A stretch of 64,000 bases of DNA from a virus, in the IMG/VR virus record IMGVR_UViG_3300042673_002246; one strand, written 5' to 3'. The number at the start of each line of letters is the position of its first letter. Position 1 is the stretch's first letter. The position numbers were made by a program, and so were the translations under genes. The notes under the pieces were generated by a model, which was given only the letters and a program-made list of their open reading frames with translations, ran no database searches and was not told the DNA's origin. Of this stretch, positions 9,779 to 19,658 are shown one piece after another.

Positions 9779-10279
9779 TCAGTACCAGCAGGTAGAGCCG
9801 TCTGCCTCATCGGCAGTCCAACGAAGCCACCAAATCGCATAACGAATCTGAGGAATCAAATCCTCACCGTTCACGATGAACTCTGGAGAATCCTGAATCT
9901 TTTCGTTCAGAAACCATTCCATTTGGTTGGCAGTTGCTCGGCAACTCTCTGGAGACTTCTCCGTACCTTCCTCATTGTCGCCATAGAAATCGTATTCGCT
10001 AATGCCAAGAGCGTCAATGAGGTAGTTCCCCCACTTACCCCGATACCAGCACGGAGTTCCGAACATGCCGTACACAGCACCTTCGGTCATGCCACTTGCC
10101 TTGACTGCTGTCTGATACGGGCATGCGTTGCGATTAGCAGTTTCCTCACAGGAAATGCTTTCCACGAACTCACCGTCTTGTCCACGAATCGGCTGACCTT
10201 CCTTGTCCAGTCGCCTCACCATTACTGCCGTGCCTTTGGACTTGCACGGGTAGTTCTTCGGTATGTTGTCTAATCCCAT
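9779..10279 (-). CDS. hypothetical protein
   Basis: MGLD start, SD, class promoter at 10311-10339. Confidence 0.7.
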   Translation of the reverse strand: MGLDNIPKNYPCKSKGTAVMVRRLDKEGQPIRGQDGEFVESISCEETANRNACPYQTAVKASGMTEGAVYGMFGTPCWYRGKWGNYLIDALGISEYDFYGDNEEGTEKSPESCRATANQMEWFLNEKIQDSPEFIVNGEDLIPQIRYAIWWLRWTADEADGSTCWY

Positions 10280-10615
10280 TTTCTTCCCCTTTGGTTTAGT
10301 AGGTGATTACACGATACATGTGTACGAGCAGACTTATCTAGTAATCCTTTCCACCACCGTCAAACAGTTAGAGCCAGCAAACGACATTCCCCCGACACGC
10401 CCGAACTTTGCGCACTTTTCCCCGACCACCCCCGTTGCTCGCAAAAAAATCCATTTTTTATCACTTCCCGTGTGAGCCCCGGCTCATGGTCGGGGCGCGG
10501 GGCTTCCATCGTCGGAAGCGAACTTATCTAGTAAGTATTCGGGTCGGCACTTATCTAGTAAGTATCCAGCCAGCCCGACCCACCGTTGGCAAGTGGGTCA
10601 GACTGACTAGATAAG

Positions 10616-10927
10616 TCACTCGGCTTCGGCGATACCAGCCCTGCCCTCGTAGCCACGAACAGCGTTAGAGATTTGCCCGTAATAGTCACCGTTCTCGCAG
10701 TACCAGCCTTCGGGTCGTGCGATGAGTGTCCACACCACGAACGGCGAGTAGGTGTCGTTCGGCAAGTGGCACAGCACTGTCCACGAAGCGTACAGACCGT
10801 CACCAGCGACATTACGCAAGTGATACGCAAGCACCAAACCGTCATTGGCGTTAGTAAGCACCAGCCCCACTTTGGGGGCTGGTGACTTATCTAGTGAGTT
10901 GATGTGGTGAATAGTTGCTTCACTCAT
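10616..10927 (-). CDS. hypothetical protein
   Basis: Start moved to ATG overlapping upstream gene end. Confidence 0.6.
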   Translation of the reverse strand: MSEATIHHINSLDKSPAPKVGLVLTNANDGLVLAYHLRNVAGDGLYASWTVLCHLPNDTYSPFVVWTLIARPEGWYCENGDYYGQISNAVRGYEGRAGIAEAE

Positions 10928-11390
10928 TGGGAAGTTCACCGTTGGCGAAGTAGTTATCCATTTGCTCATCGGTCATACCGATTACCTTTGGTGCGAAGTT
11001 CTCATCATCGCTCGCCCAGTCGGTGAGCCAATTTGCGTACTCACCGTCAGTGCGAACGGTCTTGACGAGATTTGCGAATTGCTCACTCCATACGAACGCA
11101 GGAACATCGTGGTTCTCTCCGTCATACTCGCCCTGCTCGTTGAGCGCACCGATTACCACGCAGTCACCTGCCAGTGGTCTGCCGAACAGTGCCGAAGCGA
11201 CTGCGTTCATTGGCAAGCCGATGAGCAAGCCTTCATCGTTGATGTAACCAACAATGCCCAAGTTTCCCTCGTTCACGCTGTCAAACCAACCACCTACGAT
11301 TTCGTTGATGGCGATGTGAGCCGTGTCCTCGTCAAGAAAGAGTGGCAAGCACTCTCCCTCGCTTGTGATGTGTAATGCCTTTGTTGCCAT
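10920..11390 (-). CDS. DUF3846-like protein
   Basis: IVGGW...YINDEGLLIGLPMN...LAGDCVV; class promoter at 11431-11459. Confidence 0.65.
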   Translation of the reverse strand: MATKALHITSEGECLPLFLDEDTAHIAINEIVGGWFDSVNEGNLGIVGYINDEGLLIGLPMNAVASALFGRPLAGDCVVIGALNEQGEYDGENHDVPAFVWSEQFANLVKTVRTDGEYANWLTDWASDDENFAPKVIGMTDEQMDNYFANGELPNE

Positions 11391-11485
11391 TGTTCTACCC
11401 CCTTCGGGTCTAGGTATTTATTACGATTTCATCGTAATAGTGGGTGGGCAGACTTATCTAGTAAGTCCACCCACCCACTGAACGA

Positions 11486-11896
11486 CTAAGCGACTTTGCT
11501 CGCCTTGCTTGCTGGCTTGACTGCGCCCTTCGCTGGCTTCACCAGCACTCGGACATAGTTCGTGATTTCCACGACTGACTTGATTACCTTGTTTGGTATT
11601 TCGCCCTTGTCCACTGCGCTATCCCACGCCTTCGTGTCCACGCTTGGCTTCGTCACCTTACGGAACAGAGCAGGACTGACTGACTTGCGCAACTTATCTA
11701 GTGAGAAAGACCTGCGCTCGCTCGGCGTGACCGAGAGAGTGATTTCGTCTTGCGTGAAGTCGTTGATGCCGTTCTCGGCGAACACTGCGACAAGAGTTTC
11801 TCTTGCCACTTCGTGCGCCTGCTCGGCTTGTTCTTTCGCTGTGAGAGCGTTTAGGAACGCTTCCACTGCTTGCTTGACTTGGGTTTCTGTAGCCAT
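11486..11896 (-). CDS. hypothetical protein
   Basis: AAGGAG SD; class promoter at 11937-11965. Confidence 0.65.
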   Translation of the reverse strand: MATETQVKQAVEAFLNALTAKEQAEQAHEVARETLVAVFAENGINDFTQDEITLSVTPSERRSFSLDKLRKSVSPALFRKVTKPSVDTKAWDSAVDKGEIPNKVIKSVVEITNYVRVLVKPAKGAVKPASKASKVA

Positions 11897-12327
11897 TGGT
11901 TTAGTCTCCTTTGTGTTGGGTGGTGGCTTGCGCACCACCCTACACCCGTGAGAGCAGATTTACCAACATCGCTAGACAGATTTCTGAACTTGCCCCCGAC
12001 ACGCCCGATTTCCACTTGCCCCCGACCACCCCGTGCGCCCATTATTCTTGCCCTATGCGCCCTTTCCTTGTAAGCCCCGGCAGCCAGCCCTTCCAACGGG
12101 GCTCAGAAGGTTGGATAGAGGAAAGGCTGGCACTTATCTATGAAATGACAGCCGAAGCGAACAGACTGATAGCAATAGCCGAAGCAAGCAACGCCGAAGC
12201 GAAAGCCCTGCTCGCTCGTAGTCGCTTCTCGCTCGTCAGGGACTTATCTAGTTAGATAAGTGAAACGGGTGGCTCACCATTTCTGGCAAGCCACCCGTTA
12301 CTTTCGGTGGTTTAGTGGGAAAGGGGG

Positions 12328-12753
12328 TTAGAGATACTTCGCCACCGAGTTGTAGGTGCTTGCGCTCACCAACTGCTCGTCTGTGAGTTTCAGCACACGA
12401 ATTGCCTGTGAGATTTCCTCTTTTTCACGCTTGAACTCGTGTTCGCTGTAACCCGTAGGGCGTTCAGGCTCGGCTGGGAGTGCGCCTGCTGGAAGCAGAA
12501 CGCTGACGCTGAACGATACTTTGCCCTTGTGCTTGCGGTCACGGGAGTACCAATAGTTCTTGCTGGCTTCCTCAATTTCGCCTTTTCCTGCTTTGATGAG
12601 TTTCAGGACAGCGAGGTTGTACGCCTCAACTGCCTTTTCGTAGGCAAGTTCCTCTTTCTCTTGGTTCTTGTACCGAGCCTCACGCTCGGCAAGAGCCTTC
12701 TCTAAGTGAGAGATGAGAACACTCACCTTCACCTTGACTTTGACTGTGGACAT
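12328..12753 (-). CDS. hypothetical protein
   Basis: AAGGAG SD; class promoter at 12800-12828; hairpin 12264-12299 downstream. Confidence 0.65.
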   Translation of the reverse strand: MSTVKVKVKVSVLISHLEKALAEREARYKNQEKEELAYEKAVEAYNLAVLKLIKAGKGEIEEASKNYWYSRDRKHKGKVSFSVSVLLPAGALPAEPERPTGYSEHEFKREKEEISQAIRVLKLTDEQLVSASTYNSVAKYL

Positions 12754-13076
12754 TATTGCTCTCCTTGTTCGGGGTCTAGTTGGTATCCGAACACCACCCA
12801 CGCTACGAACACGACAGCAGACTTATCTCCACTTATCTAGTCAGTTCAGTTTCCTTTCCACCACCGTCAATAAGTTGAGGACAGATGTTGGTCGCCGTTT
12901 CTTTCAGCGCAAACTTTCGCCCGACCACCCCGAAGCGCACTCACTTCGCTTCACTCGCCTGCTTACCGTGTAAGCCCCGTGGTTTTTTGTTTTATTGAGC
13001 GAAGCGGGGCTCAAACCGTTGAGTGAGTGTTTGGCAACTTATCTAGTGAGTGTGTGTGGACTTCGGACTTATCTAG

Positions 13077-13376
13077 TTAGTTATCGTCTATCGGCAGGTC
13101 TATCGCCTGTCCTGCGTGTATAGTCGTGCCGTACTTATCTACTAAGTAATCGGCAACCTGCGTGATTTCGCCAGTACACTCTGTCTCTGCGATACTCCAT
13201 AGCGTGTCACCCTCTCTAACGATTATCGTTGCTTCCGAGCAAGCGTAATCGGGCTGATTTGCTGTGTGAGTGGCAAGCAACGCAATGATAATAACTGCGA
13301 TTATTGCGAACGCTCTGAACTTACGAGCAAGCATACGGTAGTGCTGGTCATACTTATCTAGTTCATTATTTCTCAT
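13077..13376 (-). CDS. membrane-anchored LysM-domain protein
   Basis: N-terminal TM helix; IIVREGDTLWSIA...IHAGQAIDLP; class promoter at 13405-13433. Confidence 0.75.
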   Translation of the reverse strand: MRNNELDKYDQHYRMLARKFRAFAIIAVIIIALLATHTANQPDYACSEATIIVREGDTLWSIAETECTGEITQVADYLVDKYGTTIHAGQAIDLPIDDN

Positions 13377-13637
13377 CAGTAACCCCCTGTATTTGGTTTC
13401 TCCAACTCTAACTCGTATCGGGCAGATTTATCTGACTTTCTCCCGACCACCCCGACGCTCCAATAAACGCAATAAACGCAACGCTACGCAGGGAGCCCCG
13501 GCTCCTCGCAGGCCGTGCTCGCCACCATGCTCGCAGGACTTATCTAGTTAGATAGATAAGTGTCGGCAATGGAATAAGCCCGACACACTCTCGCAAGTAT
13601 GTCGGGCTCGTCCGTGTCGGATGAGACGTGCTAGGTA

Positions 13638-13934
13638 CTACTCGTTATCCTCGCCGTACAGTTCCAAGTGTGCTTGCCAGTCAATGAATTGGCTTAGGTG
13701 CAATCCCTCTACAAGCGCATGAGTTGGGCAGGTTGCCTGCCCACGCCATAGGATGCCTGCAGGCAGGTCAATCTCCACGTCCCAGTCGGCTTGCTGTGCG
13801 TTTGCGATTGCAACCTTGCACGGCTCCACCATGACGGCTGGAATTGCTGGATAGTGATTGCTTGCTAGGTGCCAGCGAAGTGCAGTATCCATGTCTGCCA
13901 CTTCTAGCATCCCTTCTAGTGAGTATCGTCCCAT
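13638..13934 (-). CDS. hypothetical protein
   Basis: SD; class promoter at 13974-14002. Confidence 0.65.
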   Translation of the reverse strand: MGRYSLEGMLEVADMDTALRWHLASNHYPAIPAVMVEPCKVAIANAQQADWDVEIDLPAGILWRGQATCPTHALVEGLHLSQFIDWQAHLELYGEDNE

Positions 13935-14004
13935 TAGTAACCCCCTGTGTGTTGTGTGATTAGGACAAGTACCACGATAGTACCTGCCGTGCAGACTTAT
14001 CTAG

Positions 14005-14286
14005 TTAGTCTGGCAGTCCGTAATAAGTCTCGTACTGTGGCTCGCATACTGCCTGCCAGCAATCGTTGCACCATTCACGCTCGCCATCCTCGTCTATGCG
14101 CCAGTACGTGATTAGCGACATACCTTCACGCCAACCTATCTCCGTACTGCAACGCTCGCAGGTACGTTCACCTACTCGCAAGTCTTTACCCTCGTAGTCG
14201 GCGTAGTTCAGTTCGCTGATAAGTACGGGCTCGTATTCAGGGATACGTGTTATCCAGTTATCCAGTGCCTGTGTATCTAGTCTCAT
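14005..14286 (-). CDS. hypothetical Zn-ribbon protein
   Basis: CERC...CNDC; class promoter at 14329-14357. Confidence 0.6.
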   Translation of the reverse strand: MRLDTQALDNWITRIPEYEPVLISELNYADYEGKDLRVGERTCERCSTEIGWREGMSLITYWRIDEDGEREWCNDCWQAVCEPQYETYYGLPD

Positions 14287-14737
14287 AACTCTTACCTCGC
14301 TTAGTGATTGGATTAGTTCCTACTGATTACGGTATGGCGCAGTGGGCAGACTTATCTAATTAGTTCCACCCTCACTCTCGGCACTTGCCCCCGACCACCC
14401 CGACGCTCCACACCTGCTCGCTTGCGTTGGAAGCCCCGGGTTTCGCCGACTTCTGCGGGGCTTACAAGGTGCGAGCCGTTGGCTGGCATACGGGTATGTC
14501 GGGGGGAAGTTCGGCTCTTGCTCGGAGTGACTTCGTGGCTAGCGCACACGGCTATCGCCGTGCTTGCTCTCGGAGTGAACGCCTGACCGTCACGGTGGAG
14601 TTCGGTGCTTGCGTGAACTGACTAGATAAGTCGTATCGCTTGCGTGACGATGAACTAACTAGATAAGTCCATAAACGACTAAGCCCACCACGCAGGGGGT
14701 GCGTGGTGGGCTAGTCGGCTTGACCGAACGAACTTAT

Positions 14738-15178
14738 CTAGTTCGTATTCTTTCGTGCCTTGGCGAACAAGTTGTGTACTGCGTCAGCGAGCGAGCCTCT
14801 CGCTTGACCTTCATCGGTAACAACGCTGTCTGGCTCATCGGAGAAACGAAGCACACTCGCCACACTTTGACGGCTTGCCAAGACGAACAAGCGAACACGC
14901 CTACGCTGTGGGTGCTGGCTCGGTGCTACTTCCTCATCATCGTCATCGGTGATAGGTGAAGCCCAACCACAAGTGACCAATGCGATGAAGTCCGAAGCAT
15001 TGGCTACTGCCACGCTTTCGTCACTTTCTAGGAGTTCATACACATCGCCGTGTGTTCCAGCAATAGCGTACTCGCCGTACTTCGTGACGGAGTAAAGTTG
15101 GGCTTGACTAATCTCATAGCCAAGTTTGGTGTCGTTGAGACTTTGCTCAACTTCGGTGGCTAGGTCTATGGCTTTCAT
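14738..15178 (-). CDS. hypothetical protein
   Basis: AAAGGGG SD; class promoter at 15214-15242. Confidence 0.65.
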   Translation of the reverse strand: MKAIDLATEVEQSLNDTKLGYEISQAQLYSVTKYGEYAIAGTHGDVYELLESDESVAVANASDFIALVTCGWASPITDDDDEEVAPSQHPQRRRVRLFVLASRQSVASVLRFSDEPDSVVTDEGQARGSLADAVHNLFAKARKNTN

Positions 15179-15688
15179 TGAGTTCCCCTTTCGTGGGATT
15201 AGTAGATACTCATACGATAACGGTGGGTGGGCAGACTTATCTAGTGAGTTCACACTTATCTAGTTATTCCACACGCCACGAAGCCATTGACCGTTTGCGT
15301 TGCCTGCCACTTCCACCCGACCTACCCGTTGCGCCACGCCCACCCCACCCCCCCGACGCTGGAAGCCCCGCAGGGGCTGACGCCCCCCGGGGCTCCCAAA
15401 GGGAGCGAGGGCTGGGTGGTCACGGGGTAGTCGGCGCGAAGTTCGCTTTCGGTTGCTCTCTCGTGGTCTATGCTTCGCTTCGTGGTGGGCAACATACGGC
15501 TCGTTGCGAGTGGGGCTTCTTATCCTTTCTGACCCTACCCTGCTCAACCGTAATGGGTCTTTCGCTCGTAACGGAGTGGTTTACCGAGACAGCCGAGACT
15601 GCTCACCACAACTAACTAGATAAGTGACTAGATAAGTGGGGGCGTGGTCTTATCTAGTCAGTCATAGAACTAACTAGATAAGTGTCGC

Positions 15689-15991
15689 TCACTCGCTCTC
15701 GCAAGCACCACACAGAATGTCAGCACCTGCCCAGTCACCGACATAAGTACCGTGCTTGCAGTACAGGCTTTCCTCGTAGTCGTGTTGCAAGCGCACACGG
15801 GCTTCGTAGTTCGCTTCGTACTCGTCATAGTGCTTGTCACAACGGGCGAACATAATCGCCGTGCCGTTGCTACGGAAACGCATGGGCAACGCATAGCGAA
15901 ACTCAACGACACCTTCGCACGGGCTATTTGGGTGTTCGCCGAGACAGTCAAGGTGAGTGAGTTCAGGCGTGGTTACTTCGTGTTCGCTCAT
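15689..15991 (-). CDS. hypothetical Cys-rich protein
   Basis: Coupled to upstream ORF; AAGGAG SD. Confidence 0.6.
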   Translation of the reverse strand: MSEHEVTTPELTHLDCLGEHPNSPCEGVVEFRYALPMRFRSNGTAIMFARCDKHYDEYEANYEARVRLQHDYEESLYCKHGTYVGDWAGADILCGACESE

Positions 15992-16314
15992 TAGTAGTCG
16001 TCTCCTTCGTATGGGTTGTCGTCATAATTTGGCTCGCTGTAATAATCTGCGTACCTATCCTCATACGCTTTGATAATTGGTGCTTCCTCGTTCCAATGCG
16101 AGTAGTCGCTAAGTGATGAATGACGCTCATTACTACGACCACTGCTTTGCTTGCGCTCCTCGTAGTAGCACTTCTCGCACCACAGGTTGTCGTGCTTGTC
16201 CACAATGAAACCAAACGGCAAATCAGTTCGCTCATTCAGTTCTGACCAGTTTGCAGGCTCGTCACAATGCACACACTCGGTCATGCAGGTATCGGCTTCG
16301 TATTCAGTACTCAT
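15991..16314 (-). CDS. hypothetical Zn-finger protein
   Basis: CVHC...CEKC; class promoter at 16340-16368. Confidence 0.6.
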   Translation of the reverse strand: MSTEYEADTCMTECVHCDEPANWSELNERTDLPFGFIVDKHDNLWCEKCYYEERKQSSGRSNERHSSLSDYSHWNEEAPIIKAYEDRYADYYSEPNYDDNPYEGDDY

Positions 16315-16374
16315 AGTTCCCCTTTCGTTGGTACTGGTAATGGTATCGGCGTGTTGGCAGACTTATCTAGTTAG

Positions 16375-16857
16375 TTAGACACGCTTGGCGCACACGCTCC
16401 CGATACCTGCTCGCACGGACTTCTCGTTCGTTAGGTCTGCTCCACACACACAGCACACACCTGCGAGTGCCCCTATCTCTTGCGCTTGCTCAATGGTCAT
16501 ACGGTCACTTGCAGATAGTTCGTAAATAGCACCTGCTTCGTACACGAAACGCTCGGACTTCGTGCTTGCTTCGGGAACGAAACGCATAGCGTAGAAACTT
16601 CCACGCTTGGACTGCTTCACACGAAACACACCTTGCGAATTGCGATACATACCGACTTCAGTTACAGGGTTCACACTTGCTCGCTTACCTGACTTGTCTT
16701 GCTCTATCTGTCGCAATACTGCCGAGAGTTGCTTCTCGGTAATCACTCCGTGTCGCTCCCAGTAATTGAGAACGCTCGCAAGAAATTGGCTCTTATGCGA
16801 ATTAGCAACAAGGTAATCCCTTGCTCTATCTGTATCGGTTGTTGGCACTTGGCTCAT
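16375..16857 (-). CDS. DUF6011-like Zn-finger protein
   Basis: C-terminal CCVCGADLTNEKSVRAGIGSVC; class promoter at 16888-16916. Confidence 0.65.
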   Translation of the reverse strand: MSQVPTTDTDRARDYLVANSHKSQFLASVLNYWERHGVITEKQLSAVLRQIEQDKSGKRASVNPVTEVGMYRNSQGVFRVKQSKRGSFYAMRFVPEASTKSERFVYEAGAIYELSASDRMTIEQAQEIGALAGVCCVCGADLTNEKSVRAGIGSVCAKRV

Positions 16858-17196
16858 CAGTATCCCTTTCGTAGTATCCCTGTAATCAGCATAACCCACA
16901 TCACGCAGACTTATCTAGTATCTATTTACGCTTGCTCGCTCGCTGGACTTATCTAGTAAGTTCACGCCACCTTCACCTTGCGCCCTTCGCCTTCTCTCCC
17001 AGTCGCACTTCTCGCCCGACCCCACCCGACCCACCCACTTGCGCCCGACCCACCCGTTGCGCCTTCACTTCTCCCCCGACCCACCCCGTGTGGGAGCCCC
17101 GCTACCCGACCGGTCTTCCGGGTGACCTGACCGGTTTATACCGGGGCTTCTGTGGGCCATGGCCCGCAGGGGACTGAACCCCTGCGAGCTGCTGGC

Positions 17197-17421
17197 TCAG
17201 CGAGCCTTGGCCTTCCGGCGTGTGTCGCTGTCGAGATACCACCACAGCGAGCCATCGCTGTAGCCGAGCTGCTCAAGCTCTGCAGCAACTAAAGCCGAAT
17301 TGGCCCGATGCCGCTGCAGCTCTTCGTCACCATCGCCGACTTGTGTCGGGCAGAAAATGATTGCTCGAAGGATTGCCTCTTTCTGAGCTTCTGTCAGCCT
17401 CCACACAATCTCTCTTTTCAC
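17197..17421 (-). CDS. hypothetical protein
   Basis: AAAGGGG SD; variant class promoter at 17457-17485. Confidence 0.55.
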   Translation of the reverse strand: MKREIVWRLTEAQKEAILRAIIFCPTQVGDGDEELQRHRANSALVAAELEQLGYSDGSLWWYLDSDTRRKAKAR

Positions 17422-17656
17422 ATTGTCCCCTTTCGTTCGTGGCTTGCGCCAAGCGAAGCCTAGTAACAGGAGGGCAGAGTTATCTCGCGCGCAGCAGGAG
17501 CCCCGTGTTTTGTGTCTCGGTTATTCTCAACGGGGCTTCTTTGATGCGAGGAATGTTTTTCGCATCGGGGTGGTCGGCAAAAAGTTTGGCTGTTGTTGGA
17601 ATGATGTTTGCTCTCGCTACGATGTTTGCAACCTACTAGAAACGGAGAAATTGATA

Positions 17657-18076
17657 ATGACCAAAACCACGACTTCGCTAATTGGAAAGCGTATTCGTCT
17701 TGTCCGAACGAATGACCCGTACACGAAACTTGTTGCTGGCGACCTCGGAGTGATTACGAATGTGCGTGACGATTTATGGGGCGCCAGCATCGTGAGTGTT
17801 GATTGGGATAGTGGAAGCAGTCTCTCGCTAATTGAGGGTGAGGATTCTTTCACGATTATTAGTGAGCGTGAACAATTCGCAACAGCGTTAGAGAACTTCG
17901 TGCAATCCACACTGGAACTCTCGCTCGCTTGGGAGCGTCTTGACGAACAATTCGCCGAGTATCTGAACACTTTGGACTGGGGTTTCACTTCATCGCTTGA
18001 TGAGTATGTCCACGAACTCTCGCATCTGCGCCACAAGGTGCTGGACGCTATTCGTCAGTCTGCCAAAGAGAACTAG
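17657..18076 (+). CDS. DUF4314-like protein
   Basis: GKRIRLVRTNDPY...GVITNV...VDWDSGSSLSLIEGED. Confidence 0.65.
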   Translation: MTKTTTSLIGKRIRLVRTNDPYTKLVAGDLGVITNVRDDLWGASIVSVDWDSGSSLSLIEGEDSFTIISEREQFATALENFVQSTLELSLAWERLDEQFAEYLNTLDWGFTSSLDEYVHELSHLRHKVLDAIRQSAKEN

Positions 18077-18097
18077 ATAAGTCGGCAGAACAATAGT

Positions 18098-18124
18098 TCT
18101 CCCCCCGATTTCTCGGGGGGAGAG
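18098..18124. terminator. hairpin between convergent genes
   Basis: TCTCCCCCCGA-TTTC-TCGGGGGGAGA. Confidence 0.6.
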
Positions 18125-18138
18125 ACTAACTAGATAAG

Positions 18139-18600
18139 TCAGTCACCAGAGTAATTTTTGGACTCTGTGGTTTCTCCATCTAGACCACACTTGGAGCACT
18201 TGTGGTAGTTCGTTGCCGAAAAAGTGCCCAACACCGTGTTGTAGTGATGGACGATGAAGCCGACTTGTTGCCAATTGTGACCAAGCAATGCTTGGCGTAG
18301 CCAGTAGTTCTTATCGGAGTATTTCCGATAGAGCCGACCTACATACCACAATTGCTTTTGACTTAGTTCGCCTTTCTTGGCGTACTGGTCGGCAAGGCTT
18401 TTGACGAACTCAGCGTCATTCCCCTCTATCGTTGAGAGACGAACCAATTGCTCATCAAGTGTCGCTGACTGTGACCAAGCCTCTGGCGCTTCCACAGCGT
18501 GGCAATAGGTGTGTCTTGCCGAACGGCGTTGCTCGCTCGCTTGGTCGGAAAGGTCGGCAGGAATTTCCCCCGACCATCTGTCTGTAATGGTGCTCATCAT
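18139..18600 (-). CDS. hypothetical protein
   Basis: Class promoter at 18640-18668; shares F..S......G.L+.KQL segment with 16375 ORF. Confidence 0.6.
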   Translation of the reverse strand: MMSTITDRWSGEIPADLSDQASEQRRSARHTYCHAVEAPEAWSQSATLDEQLVRLSTIEGNDAEFVKSLADQYAKKGELSQKQLWYVGRLYRKYSDKNYWLRQALLGHNWQQVGFIVHHYNTVLGTFSATNYHKCSKCGLDGETTESKNYSGD

Positions 18601-18957
18601 GCTCCCCCTCTGGGGGAGACCATCTCCCCCGACAGAACCATCGTACCCAATGTGGGGCAGACTTATCTAGTCAGTTTAGATTTTGCTCACACTTATCTAG
18701 TCGGTTCATGGAACGACACGACACCGACAAAAGAACAGACAGAGAGAGCAGGTGCTCGGTCGGCAGACTTGCCCCCGACCCACCCGAACAGAAGGCGCAG
18801 CACACACTGTGTGAGCCCCGGCTAGGAACGCTTGCAGCGAAAGCTGCGGGGCTTACAGCGTTTTGGTGGCTGTCGAAACAGCCATGCCATCGGGGTAGTC
18901 GGCAGAAAGTGGAAAAAAGATTTGCTTTTTTATTGCAGTACCAGTAATGTGAAGAAC

Positions 18958-19584
18958 ATGATTACTGAACTAAACCCTGAACTACTGGAATACACCGAGA
19001 CGCATGATGTATTCGGAACGATTATTCGTCACCCATTGGTGATGTGGATAGGACCAGTAACAGACATTGACCTAATAAATAATCTTCTTGATAACAAGCG
19101 CAAGGCAACGGAAGAAGCACTAGATAAGTGTGAATGGTCACGATTTATTTATTTGCATGAGCGTCCATATCGTTTTGATGCTTTACACTTTGTTCTCAAC
19201 ACTTTTGATGAAATTACTGATGATGAGTATTGGTCACTTGTTTCGGATGTATGGATAGACACGGAGAACGCTTGGCAGAATGTTGGTTCGTGGACAGAAC
19301 TATTCGGAAGTGACCGTGCTTCACAACACTCGCTGATGAATGAAGAAGAACTGAAACTATTCGCATCGCTTGACGACACGCTGACAATTTATCGTGGATG
19401 CCGTAAGGATGTAAACGAAGAAGGTTTATCGTGGACGCTTGACAGAAGTAGGGCGAAGTGGTTCGCTGACCGTCACGGTCACGATGATAGGACGTTGCTT
19501 ACGAGAGAGATAAGCAAGAGTGAAGTAATCGCAGTGTTTACACGCAGAGGCGAAGAAGAAGTAATCGTACTTCCGTATTACTAA
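18958..19584 (+). CDS. putative ADP-ribosyltransferase-fold protein
   Basis: IYRG...LSWT...EEEVIV resembles the R-S-E triad. Confidence 0.5.
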   Translation: MITELNPELLEYTETHDVFGTIIRHPLVMWIGPVTDIDLINNLLDNKRKATEEALDKCEWSRFIYLHERPYRFDALHFVLNTFDEITDDEYWSLVSDVWIDTENAWQNVGSWTELFGSDRASQHSLMNEEELKLFASLDDTLTIYRGCRKDVNEEGLSWTLDRSRAKWFADRHGHDDRTLLTREISKSEVIAVFTRRGEEEVIVLPYY

Positions 19585-19598
19585 CTAGATAAGTGTCC

Positions 19599-19627
19599 AG
19601 ATAAATCTGCTCGTCATTTATTACCAT
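19599..19627 (+). promoter_or_regulatory. phage promoter AGATAAATCTGC-N11-TACCAT
   Basis: Plus-strand class member before a plus-strand gene. Confidence 0.7.
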
Positions 19628-19658
19628 TATTAGTACCTACTACCGAAAAGGGGAAAAT

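Noticed and set aside
17160-17187. tRNA 3'-half-like hairpin (CAGGGGTTCAGTCCCCTG) as an att site
   Set aside because: No matching tRNA identity or integrase; more simply a terminator hairpin
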